Below, one piece after another: positions 12,501-24,000 of a stretch of DNA of 64,000 nucleotides. Numbering within the stretch: the stretch's first letter is position 1; each line of letters opens with the position of its first letter. The DNA lies in assembly GCA_965112735.1 (NCBI GenBank), contig OZ218964.1:186001-250000 (forward strand), written 5' to 3'. The position numbers and the translations under genes were made by a program. The DNA comes from Phaeosaccion multiseriatum (Eukaryota; Protista; Ochrophyta, other classes). The notes under the pieces were generated by a model, which saw only the letters and a program-made list of their open reading frames with translations, was not told where the DNA came from and ran no database searches.

Positions 12501-14638
12501 AGAGCGCTTCTGCACGGCTTTGGCGGCTCGATACGGCGCGGAGTGGCTGCCAGAGGACGACCCTGTCCGTAGCGCCATGCTCGCGTTGAAGGAGAAGAGC
12601 TACTTTGAGCTTTCCTCCCAGCATATGCTAGCGTTGCTGCGCTGTCTCGTCAACGACACTATGGACGTGGAGAGAGTGAGCGCCCGCGTGAACGATGCGC
12701 TGGAGCAAGTCACTGCTCTGCTTGCTGCCAAGAAGAGAGCGGAAGCGTCGGAGAAGGAGCTGGCCGCTGCCTTTGAGGCCGGCAAGGGCATGTTCGAGGG
12801 AAAGAGGCTCAGCAGGAGGGAGGTGACGGTGGCAGCTGAGGCGACCAGGAAGGCGACGATGGAGTACAACAGGTACGTGTGTTTGTGTGTTTGAGGAAGC
12901 GCGCAGCGTTGGTGTGAATAGGGGGGCAGGGGGTGGAGGGGGGGGCAGTAGTGATTGATACCAAACTCGAACTGTCTTGACGACAGGTCTGTTTTCCCTG
13001 TCTGCTGCCTCCTTCACGCTTGCCTCGCCTCGCATGCGGCCGTGCCCACCCACTGCCCTCTTCACTACCTTGTTGTAGGGCTGTGCGGAGGCTTCCTCTT
13101 CGCCGAGAGGCGCTGGGCCAGGACAGAAACATGTCTCGATATTGGGCCCTCCCTTCGGAGCCCACTCACGTGTACGTGGAGTCTCACGGCTCCACCGAGT
13201 GGGGGCGCTACTCTCACCAGGTGCGTCGCATGAGGAGTCATACGAGAAGCAGGCACTCAACACACACAACCTGACGTTGCTTTAGTTTCAGTTTCTGTTC
13301 ATTAAGCGGCTATAGATCTCACAACGTCCCTTCCTCCTACCGCCGTCTGTGATTATTTCTTGGACGTCGTCGAGCAGGCGGAGATCTCTGCGCTGCTGGA
13401 GGGCTTGCTCCAAAAGGGCATGAGAGAGTCCAAGCTGAAGGCCGCCTTGCTGGAGGCGCTGGACCGGGTTCAGGCGGGCTTGATACCCTTGTCGGGTATT
13501 GCCGTCCATCCGAGAGATCTGGAGCCTGTTGATGTGGTAGACAGGATTTCCAGGCGAAGCACACGGGTGCGAGTGAATCAATTGAGCGCCGCCATTGAGA
13601 TGCAGGACCTTGAGGCAAGGCAGGCGAAGGAGAGGGAAGAGGAGCAGGCGAGGAGGAAGGCAGAGAAGAGGTTGGGCAAGTGGGGCGCTTCCCTAATCAG
13701 CAGCACCCCGGAGGAGGAGTACGTGCCCTTGCTTCGAGCGTGGCAGCATCACAGCCTCAATGTGGCGGAGCAGGGCTTTGAGAACCTCAAACTTGAGCTC
13801 AAGAGCACGGAAGAGAGGATCGGAGGGCAACTTGGGCACTTAGTGGAGGCACCTCGTACGCACGGGGCGGTGGAAGAAAAAGAGGGAGCAGAGACACCGC
13901 CACACACGGCGGAGAAGGAGGTTGCCCAGAGCACGACCGCAGGCGACGGTGGGGATGAAGGCGGCGGCGGCAGCAGGAGCACCAGCAGCACCGCCCTCTC
14001 GGCGTGGACAGGAAAGGAAGCGGCGTCAATAACGGGCGCGGCTGTGGCGGCTGCAGGCGGGATGGGTATCATGGAGTCTGAAGAGCAGAAGAAGACTCGA
14101 GAGAAGGCCATTAAGGAGATCCTGAAGCAAGAGGAGGAGATGCGGGTGGCAGAGGAGGCGGCCATGGCCCTGGAGGCTGAAAGGAAAGCCCTCGAAGGTG
14201 CAGCACCAGAGGCTGATGCTGATGCTTCCGTCAAGGGAGAGAGTGGCGGAGCTGATGATGCTGATCCATCTGCCGCACCGCTTGAAGAAGGTGCCCCACA
14301 GTCGGGTACTGCTGAGCTACCCAACGGGGGGGTGGGCTCTGCTGCCTTAGTGGTGGCACCCCGTCCTCCAGAGGGGCGCGTCATGCGTTCGGACATGTCT
14401 CGGCTCGAGAGCCTTCGCACGAGGAAGAAATCACGCACCGGAAGCAGCAGCAGTGGCGGCGTGGTTCGCAGCAGCAGCAGCCGCAGGGTTCCGATCCCTC
14501 CGCCCACCAAGCCCGTCAAGAAGGGCGCTGGCCGCACGGCGTGGTGCGAGAAGCTTGATCAAGCGACCGCCGTGAGCCACCTGGTGACGGCCGTCTTAGC
14601 CTTGGAACAGGTACTACGTGTGTCTCTCTGCCTGTCTA

Positions 14639-14711
<73 letters not shown>

Positions 14712-17700
14712 GTGTCTGTCTGTCTGTCTGTCTGTGTGTCTGTATGTGCGTCTGTCTGCATGTCTGTATGTGTTCATGTATGTATGTATGCATGTATGTT
14801 TGTATGTTTGTATGTATGTATGTATATATGTATGTATGTAGGTATGTATGTATGTATGTATGTATGTATATGTGTGTATGTGTGTGTATGTTTTTATGTT
14901 TGTCAGTCAGTCAGCTTGTCTGTCTACCTGTCTGTCCAGCTGTCTGTCTATTCTCTCGTATCCGTCTCTTTGTGTCTGCCCGTCCCGAAGTCACTTTTTT
15001 GTGATGATAGAGGGCTGGGGGTAAGGGGCTGCTGTTTTTTTTTTCTTTTTCCGAAGACACTTTTTTGTGGTACATGTGATGTTGTTTGTGATAAGGTTTT
15101 CATAGAACGAACACCGCACTCTCATCTCTCTCCTCTTGTCACTCACTTGTATGTGTCCCTCCATTCCCTCCATTCCCTCCCGCCCTCCCCCCCTCCCTCC
15201 CTCCCTCCTCCCTCCCTCCCTCCCTCCCTCCCTCCCTCCCTCCCTCCCTCCCTCCCTCCCTCCCTCCCTCCCTCCCTCCCTCCCTCCCTCCCTCCAACAA
15301 AAGGTCATTTTTGAGCTCCGTCATCGACTTCTTCTTGCGCACGTCATCGATTGGGGCGACCTCCAAGTCACGGAGGACGAGGAGGTGGAGTGGGAGAGCC
15401 CCTGGGACTGGACGGGGTTCTATTTAAGGAGCCACGAGAAAGGGGGCGTCGTCAAGGGCCAGAAGGCGTACATGATTGGCTCCCTAGCCTTGGCAGCCGA
15501 GATGCAGAAGGCCGAGGAGCGTGTGGTCATTAAGGAGGTGTTGGATGAAGTCGTTGCGAAATCAGTGGGGGGAGAAGCGGCGCCCTCAGTGCAGGAGGAG
15601 GAGAAGGAGCCTGCGCAGTCAGGCGCAACAGCGGCTCCGAGCAGCGGCTCAGCCAAAGAGAAAAAGGGGGGCGAAGATGCCTTGGATGTGGATGTGGACG
15701 TGGACGGGGGGGAGGGGCAGGGGGCGGAAGAAGAGGAAAGCGATGAGGAGAAGCTTGAGAGAGGTCTTGGTCAGCGAAGAGGGAGTAGGAGGGTGGCCAA
15801 GATGAGCGCCAAGCAGAGGATTATGGATACCTCGGGGGATGAGCAAGGCCGGGTGGCAGCGAGTGGACGGGTAGCTGCTGCCGCTGGTGCCGTGGAGGAG
15901 GAGGAAGGAGACGACGACGACGACGAAGAAGAAGAAGAAGAGGAAGAAGGGGAGGGCGGAGCAGGGGCTGTGCCAGGGGAGGATGAGGATGACGATGCTC
16001 TGTGGGAGAGTCAGCGCGACAAGATTGCTCTGGGTAATCTGCCCAGTGACTTGATGGGTGCGCTGTCCGAGAAGCCGAAGGAGAGGATGCGCTGGCGAGC
16101 GGAGGTGCGGGAGGTGACGACTCTCTCTCAGATGGCAGTGTGTGTGTACACCTTCGTCAGCAAGGCGTACGCCGTTATGCCGCTCATTCAGGACAAGCAG
16201 GCCTTGGAGGATGGGTACATTGGGCCCAACGGGGAGTGGATGTTGCCCAAAGCCAGCAACCAGGCTCTCCGCCTGCGCTGTCAGCCCACCGGAGAGGTGG
16301 TGTGGGCCCGCATGCACGGATTCCCGTGGTGGCCAGGTGAGAGGGATGGGACACGGTCGTTATCGGTTATTCAACATCGACTGGGGAGAACGGAAGGAGG
16401 TGGCGGTAGACATGTATGTGTATGTATGCCTACATGGACTAACATGACGAGTGTGGATAACGCCAGGCCCTGGGAGAGAGGGGCTGGTGCATCCTCTGCA
16501 AATGAGCTGAGCTGCTCACGAAAATTGTCCCTCATGCATACGTATGCATGTGTACGTACCCCCCCCCCCCCTCGCCCTCCACCTCTCACCCCCACCCTCA
16601 CTCAACTACTCACTCCTCATTACATAGCCCTCGTAATGCACGCGGACAACGAGCGGATCAACGACGCCCTGTGGGCGGTGGGGGACCGACTCGTTACCTT
16701 CGTGGGAGAGTCGGACCAGTTTCGCTTGTACCACAAGAACTGCAAGCCCTTTATCGGGGGGGCAAGGGACGAAATCGCCAAGAAGTCCTCCAGGGGAAAC
16801 AAGTGCGTGGAGTGATATGGGGACGTCCTACGATGGCGGGGATGGCAGTGGATGGCAGGGGATGGCAGGGGATGACAGGGGATGTGTTGTTCGATGAAGT
16901 GTAGGACTGGTAGGGGTGGTAGGGAGCAACGCCACACCCACACTCACACATCTACCATCTGCTGCCATCTGACGTCTGCCCTCTCCTCTCTCTTCTCTCT
17001 CCCTCTCTCCCTGTCTCTCTCCCATTGTCTCTCCCCACCCCCCCCTCTGTCTCTCTCCTGTGGCGCTATGTGTCACATCACATGACATAACAGGAGCCTC
17101 TTGCGCGCTATGAAGATGGGCTGCAAAGCCATTAAATCGGCCTTCGAAAGGCACGGGAGGAACGACCCCAACGCCCCACAGAACCGCCCCGTCTTCCCCG
17201 ATGTGCCCCCCGGGGAGATTCTCACGGCCACAGCAGAAGCAGCAAGCTCAGCCGCCACCGCTGGAGAGGGGGAGGGAGGAGGAGACGACTCTGGGGAAGA
17301 GAGGGAGCAAGGGCTCGAGGGAGAAGAGCAAGAGGGAGGAGGAGGATACAACCAGGAGAACGGGGGCGATATGCACGATGACAGCGGTGAGCGCCTTTCG
17401 AATGGGGGTGACGAGGACGACGAGGGGGGCGACGACAGAAGGGGGGGGGGGATGGGGGGATTGTCGGCTGAAAAGAGGGCGCGGAGGCGCGGGGGGGGCA
17501 GCAATGAGCCCCGCACCACCAAGAGGAAGGCAAGTAAGACGGCGGAGGAGGGCGGAGGAGGAGCAGGAAGGCCCAAGGCGACTCGGAACAAGCGGCCTAT
17601 TGGCAATGTGGAGCGCACTTCGAGTCGCAAGAGGAAGATGACGGCGGTGGTAATGGAGGCCATTGAGAGCGGAGACATTGGCATGAAGTACCACGGGGCA

Positions 17701-18565
17701 GAGCTGCCTGCGCCACAAGAAGAGGAGGAGGAAGGAGGCGGACGACGACGCGGAGGAGGAGGAGGAGGAGGAGGAGACGGAGGGGAGGGAATGGGAGCGG
17801 GTGGGCAACAGTGGGGAGGACAGCAGTGGGGACAGCAGCAGCGGCAGCAGCAGCACCTACAGCAGCAGCAGCAGCAGCAGCTACAGCGTGGGCAGCATGC
17901 GGGGACGTGGCAGCAGGCGTCATACGGGCTCGAACAGCAGCAGCAGGTCCTTGTGCATCAGCAGCGACAGCAGCACCAGCAGCAACACAGGGGGTACCCG
18001 CAGCAGGATTCTTTCTCGCCGCACGGCGGGCGCGGATTACCTGGGGCAGGGCTTGTGCCGGACTACCGCACAGCGCAAGGGCAGGGGCAGGGGCAGATCG
18101 GTCCACCACAGCAGTTCTACCAGCCGCAGCAGCAGCAGCAGCACCAGCAGCAGCAGCAGCAGCAGCACCAGCAGCAGCAGCAGGAGCAGCACCAGCAGCA
18201 GCAGCAGCAGCAGCACCAGCAGCGCTATCGAGAGGGGGACCCGCGTAGTGGGGCCCTCTCGCAGCTGGCGGGCCTGCTCGTGGAGGAAGACAGCAGGAGG
18301 GTGGTGCCTATGCCTGTCGGAAGTGGAGCAGTTGGTGCTTCGCAAGTGGAGCGGCTGGTGGCACAGCCCCAGCACTCGCACTACGCCGCACCGACCCACT
18401 CGAGGCCCTCGGAGGAAGATCAGCGGCGCCTGAGCGAAGCGAGGATGCATCAGGAGGAAGAGATTTTGAGGCGCCAGCGGTTCCAACGACAGCTGCAGAT
18501 TGAGGGGCAGCAACGCGAGCAACAAATGCGCCAACTCGCTATGCAACAGCAGTTGGCATTGCAAA

Positions 18566-18605
<40 letters not shown>

Positions 18606-19344
18606 GCAACAGCTGCAGGCGCCTCCGCCCCAGTCGCAGCCGCAGCTCCCAGGCTACTACCCACAGAAGGGGCAAGAAGCTCAGGGCGCTCTTTACCAGC
18701 CGCAGCGGCAGATACAGCAGCAGCAGCCCTTGGCCATGCAGCAGCCGCGGCAGTTGCAGCAGCCGCCCTTAGCGATACCGCAGCAGCGGCAGTTGCAGCA
18801 GCAGCGGCACCCCAGCCAGGACCCCAATCAGGACCCCAACAGGATGATGGGGGCGGGGGCCATTGTGGCAGAGGGGCAGCGTGGACAGGACGTGGGAACG
18901 GGAATGACCAGCATGAGGCAGGACCAGCGCCAGAGGCACGATGAGCAGATGCATGTACCGCCCCCGCAGCAGCAGCGCCAGCCCCAGCAGCTCACGCAGC
19001 AGCAGCTCCAGCAGCAGCAGCAGCTCCTCCTCCTGCAGCAGCAGCAGCAGCAGCAGTTCCTAATCCAGCAACGCCGAAAACAGCAGCAGCAGTTGGTGAT
19101 GCAGCAGCAGCAGCAGCAGCAGCAGTTGGCGATGCAGCAGCAGCAGCAGCCAGCCTATCAGCAGCAGCAACAACAACAACAACAACAGCAGCAGCAGCAG
19201 CAGCAGCAACAGTCCCCGCAAGCAGCAGCACAGCCACAGCAGAGAATGTACTTACCGCCGCCGCCGCCGCCGCAGCAGCAGCTGCACCAATCACAGCCAC
19301 CGCATCATCCTTCTCAGTCTCTGCCGCACAGACGGTCCCCCTGA
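9577..19344 (+). CDS. Large chromatin protein: Tudor-knot, linker-histone H15 globular domain, DDT, WHIM1/2/3, PWWP and a polyQ tail (BAZ/ACF1-like ISWI partner)
   Basis: Spliced peptides: LREATITKV...VYQ|VWYSG (Tudor-knot); HPSYIDMIKEAVHQLREQK|GSSPQSIQKWL...AIRDGLSYGTFLK|VGANIRLS (H15); GDLLMVWDFLKSLG...FSLEEFRRAL (DDT); TWPEVLR and SYFELSSQHMLALLRCL (WHIM1); LGQDRNMSRYW (WHIM2); LLEGLLQKGMRESKLK (WHIM3); VVWARMHGFPWWP (PWWP). Final Q-rich exon ends at 19344. Confidence 0.8.
14620..14950. repeat. Intronic (TCTG)n to (TATG)n compound microsatellite
   Basis: Visible tetranucleotide arrays. Confidence 0.9.
15184..15295. repeat. Intronic (CCCT)n microsatellite
   Basis: Visible array just upstream of a splice acceptor. 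Confidence 0.9.
17800..19330 (+). repeat. Coding CAG/CAA tracts (polyQ region)
   Basis: Many (CAG)n runs in frame in ORF 17101-19344. Confidence 0.9.
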
Positions 19345-19588
19345 CCAAGTGACAGCAGTGACAGCCGTGACAGCGTGACTTTAGGCCGAAGGGCGAAGGC
19401 TTTTCTATAACATAATACATTGAGACATTTTTAGTTGACACAGTTGTGGAAACAAGCCTCTTGCTTTTTGTTTATTGATCATCCGACGATGAAACTACAG
19501 TATAAAACGACAGTAATGCACCACAGAGCTGAGGGGGAGGGGGGCTCATCAAACAAAAAGGCTCCGGCACAAACGTAACTACAGCCCG

Positions 19589-20872
19589 TCACCGACGCCT
19601 GAGGACGACAAAGGCGAGCGCCGCCCCTGCTAGAACCACCACTGCAGCAGTAGGCACAGCCAGCCGCCATTCCCCCCCGTCCTCCCTCTCCTTAGCCTTG
19701 CCTGCTGCTGTTGCTGCCAGTTCTGCTGCTGCTTCTGCGCCTGCCTCTTCTACTCCTGTCGCTGCTGCCTCAGTTGCGGCTGCTTCATTTCCGTCCTCTC
19801 CGACTCCCTCCGACTGGTCAGAGACCTCTGTGACGGCATCCTGCTGCTCTTGCTCGGCCACTTTCTCCATACTGTCCACTCCCCCCAGGGCAGCGCCCAA
19901 GCCCCCGTCCTGGTGCTGCTCCTCTCCGGTAGCTTGTTCCTCCCGCGCAGTTGTTGCATCTGCCGCCACCGCCCTGCCAGCAGCGGCTGGGCCTCCCTCT
20001 TCGTTAGGTGGTGCATCCTCCGCTACGGAAGAAAACTGGGGCAACAAATTCTCGCCCCTTTCCGGAGCTTTTTCGGTGGGGAAAACATCCTCGAGGGCTG
20101 CCGTCACATCCGCATCTGCCTCCACCTCGGCCTCTGCAAGCTCTTCTCCCACTCCCGAGATCTCTGCAGCTGCAGCGGGGAGAGATTCCTCCCCTGTACT
20201 TAACTCTTCTCCCACCCGCATGAGATCTGCAGCCACTGCGACGAGCGCTTGCTCTTCTGCCTCCTCCTCCTCATCCTGCTTCGTCTTTGCCTCCCACCCT
20301 GCTTCTTGCTCTTCTTTTTGCACCGAAGCCGGCACTGCTTCTGATGCTTCGGCGTCCATCGATGCTCTTCTCACGTCTTCGGCCGCCTCAGCAGACACTA
20401 GCAGCGAGGGCTTACGGCCGGCCTCAGTTATGGCAGCAGCTGCGACGGCGATTACGGACCCTGAGTCTCGCCGCCCGCCCGGACTCAGTGGCCCAAGTGA
20501 TTCTCGCCGGCCAGGACTCAGTGGGCTCAGTGGGCTAACAGAGGAAGCCTCTGTCGTCACGTTGAGCTTGAGCTTGTTCTTGCTCTTGGCTGAGGGGGAG
20601 CGAGGTGATCCTTTCGGAGAAGGGGATGACGTGGTGGCGCTGTTACCTCCTCCTGCTGCTGCTCCTGCCCCTGCTACTGCTCCTGCCCCTGCTACTCCTC
20701 CTATCCCTTCTCCTCCTCCTGCCCCTGCTTCTTCAGCTGGGGAAGCTGCTGCTCCTCCTGCCGCGGCAGGTCCCCCTTTCCCCCTCCTTGATCTCTTCTT
20801 TTTCTTCGAGGAGCTCCCATTGGATGATACTTTATACGCTACTGGTGCCACTGGTGTCCTTGGAGCCTCCAT
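19589..20872 (-). CDS. Single-exon acidic, low-complexity tail-anchored membrane protein (about 427 aa)
   Basis: ATG at 20872 (MEAPRTP) opens an uninterrupted ORF with a basic KKKKRSRR patch, SPLSP repeats and an E/A-rich body. It ends AVPTAAVVVLAGAALAFVVLRRR*. Confidence 0.7.
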   Translation of the reverse strand: MEAPRTPVAPVAYKVSSNGSSSKKKKRSRRGKGGPAAAGGAAASPAEEAGAGGGEGIGGVAGAGAVAGAGAAAGGGNSATTSSPSPKGSPRSPSAKSKNKLKLNVTTEASSVSPLSPLSPGRRESLGPLSPGGRRDSGSVIAVAAAAITEAGRKPSLLVSAEAAEDVRRASMDAEASEAVPASVQKEEQEAGWEAKTKQDEEEEAEEQALVAVAADLMRVGEELSTGEESLPAAAAEISGVGEELAEAEVEADADVTAALEDVFPTEKAPERGENLLPQFSSVAEDAPPNEEGGPAAAGRAVAADATTAREEQATGEEQHQDGGLGAALGGVDSMEKVAEQEQQDAVTEVSDQSEGVGEDGNEAAATEAAATGVEEAGAEAAAELAATAAGKAKEREDGGEWRLAVPTAAVVVLAGAALAFVVLRRR

Positions 20873-21083
20873 GGGCAAGTATAAGTAGTGAGGCAGGTTT
20901 GGAGAAGGCAAAAAAAAAATAATCGGAAACTGAAACTGCGTCGTGTAACCGTCAACCCCTCGTCCCCGTTTTCTCTCTCTCTCCTCTACCCCTCTCCTCT
21001 CTTTTGTTGTCTCTCGTGCACTCCGCAAGGGCTCAGTTTCTCAGTGCAGGACCTGCGAGGAAGAGAAGAGATTGGAGAATAAT

Positions 21084-24000
21084 ATGGCGGGAGGCAAGAG
21101 GAATAAGCGAAAGGCGAAGGGGGGAGGAGGAGGGGCGGGCCCTGGAGTAGGCGCAGCTAAGGCAGATAATCCTTTGGTAGCGGCGGCGGGAGCCGAAGGA
21201 AAGCAACGGCCCTCTACTCCTGACGCTGCTGCTGCTGTATCGGTTAGTGGCGACGACCTCGATGTCAGCATCACCCGGCCCTTTGTGAAGGACCTGATCC
21301 AATTAGATGTGTCTGCTGCGCATGAGCAGGCGCCTTCTGCTACGGTGTCGCCTCGTCCAGTGGGCCCAGAGGGCAAGAAGGAACAGCATCTGAAGGCCGA
21401 TGCTGCTATTGGAGTTCCACCGTCAACCCCTCCCGCTTTCTGTGAGGACCATGCCATTGAGGGGCAGGGCAGCGGGACCGGTACCGCCCCCGCTACTCCA
21501 GCAGCCACAGAAGCTCCGGCAGCCCCCACCGCAACGGAGCAAAACCCGAAAAAGAGCAAGAAAACGAAGAAGGAGTCCGCTGCAGCAGCCCTTGCCGCCG
21601 CCAAGGCCGCCTTAGAAGCTGCACTGAAAGAGGCGGAGGAGGCAGACGATGAAGATGAGGATGGGGAGGATGAGGAGGGCGAGGAAAAACACGAAGACCA
21701 ACAAGACAAGATCGGACACGTGGAGGTCGTGCTTAGGGGTGAGGAGGATACCATCAAGGAGGTGGTGGTGGACCCGGTTCAAGCGAAGATGGAGGAGGCG
21801 AGTGCATGGCAAAGGAGGGCGCAGGCATCGTCAAACTCACCACAAAGACCCAGTCGAAAGAGCCCCAAGCCAGAGCAGCCCAAGGAGGAGGAGGAGGAGG
21901 ATGAAGCGGCGTCCCCCGAAGAGGAGATGTCTCTTCTCGATGAAACCGCAGATAGAGTAGAGGAAACTCAGGAGGCCGTACCATTCACCACAACTGAAGG
22001 AGGCACGGACTCCATATCAAGCGGCAGGGCCCCGAGGGACCCCTCTCCAGACATGGTGACACCAGGCAACTGCCTAAGCTTGTCGGGGATGCGGGCGAGA
22101 GCAGCGGCCAAGAAGAAGGCAGCAGACGCCATCGCCGCCGCATCTCTCGCCGCCAAGCTCAAGTCTGATGGTGTGGGAAACCGAAAGGGTGCGCGCAAGG
22201 AAGAGGAGGAGGGGGTGCAGGGGCCATCAAGCAACAAGAGGAAGAAGGAGAAGCAGCAGCAGCCCAAGCTCAGCGCCAAGGAGGCCAAGGCCCTGGCCAT
22301 TGCTGACGCCAAGGCTCGCGCGGAGGCCAACTCCGTCCGTGACAAGGCCACCAAGGTGCGGAGAGGGAGGGCAATGCGCTACTTCAAAGACGCTGCTACT
22401 GCCTTGCTTTGGGGCGCCCGTCTTTAGTCTATTGTGCACCTCGTGGCTGTGTTACATTGTGGCCGTACCCTGGTCTGGAAGACTGGCCGGCTTGCCTCGA
22501 TCAACCCCTCTGCGTTCTTCTCATTGCGCATCGTCCGGCAGCTCGGCTCACTCCCTTCTCTGTGTGTATGTGCGTTTGTAACCATCTCTCCCCGTCATGC
22601 TGTAGGGCACCATCTGGGAGGAGGTCCTGTCAGGAAGTTTAAGTGGAGTGAAGCGAACCATCGAGGCGGGCACCAATCCAAACGAGGTACTAAAGAGAGC
22701 AAAGCCCCCTCCTGCGGCACTCGATCGGCCTGCACTCGATCGGCCTGCTCCCATCCCTTCCCTGTGCCCCCCTCCACATGATTAGTTCATTGATTTGCCC
22801 CTCCCCTCCTGCCTGTCTCTGCTGTACTATGCTCTGCTCTGCGAACTCTCTCACTTCCACAGACCGACGAGCAGGGGCGAACACCGCTGATGATTGCGTG
22901 TGCCCTGGGCTTTGAAAACATCGTCTCCCACCTCATCCGCCCCAACCTAACCCCCAGCGGCGGTGCGAGGCTCGAAGCTAAGGCCATCGAGGGCTGGACG
23001 CCCCTCATGGTGGCATGTGGAGGGGGGCATTTGAATGCCGTCAAGGACCTCATCCAGGCGGGGGCGGACGTGTCTGCGAGGGACTCCGAGTTTGGGTCCA
23101 CGCCGCTCATGTGGGCCTGTGGAGGGGGGCATGTGGAGGTCATCAAGGTGCGATTACGCTTTCCTTGATTGAGTTATTGGATGATTCGTTGATTGTTTGA
23201 TAGACAAAAGGCAAGTCCCCTGCGGATGTCCCACACCCCCAGAAGGAGCGAGGGCCAATCGACAGAAGTATGCAAGCCCCATCTGGCCTCCTGCTCGTCT
23301 CATGCTCTCCCTCCCTCCCCCCCTCCCTCCCTCCCTCCCTCCCTCCCTCCCTCCCTCCCTCCCTCCCTCCCTCCCTCCCTCCCTCCCTCCCTCCCTCCCT
23401 CCCTCCCTCCCTCCCTCCCTCCCTCCCTCCCTCCCTCCCTCCCTCCCTCCCTCCCTCCCTCCCTCCCTCCCTCCCTCCCTCCCTCCCTCCCTCCCTCCCT
23501 CCCTCCCTCCCTCCCTCCCTCCCTCCCTCCCTCCCTCCCTCCCCCTCCCTCCCTCCCTCCCTCCCTCCCTCCCTCCCTCCCTCCCTCCCTCCCTCCCTCC
23601 CTCCCTCCCTCCCTCCCTCCCTCCCTCCCTCCCTCCCTCCCTCCCTCCCTCCCTCCCTCCCTCCCTCCCTCCCTCCCTCCCTCCCTCCCTCCCTCCCTCC
23701 CTCCCTCCCTCCCTCCCTCCCTCCCTCCCTCCCTCCCTCCCTCCCCCTCCCTCCCTCCCTCCCTCCTCCCTCCCTCCCTCCCTCCCTCCCTCCCTCCCTC
23801 CCTCCCTCCCTCCCTCCCTCCCTCCCTCCCTCCCTCCCTCCCTCCCTCCCTCCCTCCCTCCCTCCCTCCCTCCCTCCCTCCCTCCCTCCCTCCCTCCCTC
23901 CCTCCCTCCCTCCCTCCCTCCCTCCCTCCCTCCCTCCCTCCCTCCCTCCCTCCCTCCCTCCCTCCCTCCCTCCCTCCCTCCCTCCCTCCCTCCCTCCCTC

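Noticed and set aside
19698-20888. 396-aa plus-strand Ser/Ala-rich ORF
   Set aside because: It is the antisense mirror of the minus-strand acidic tail-anchored gene, which has a proper ATG and a TM tail.
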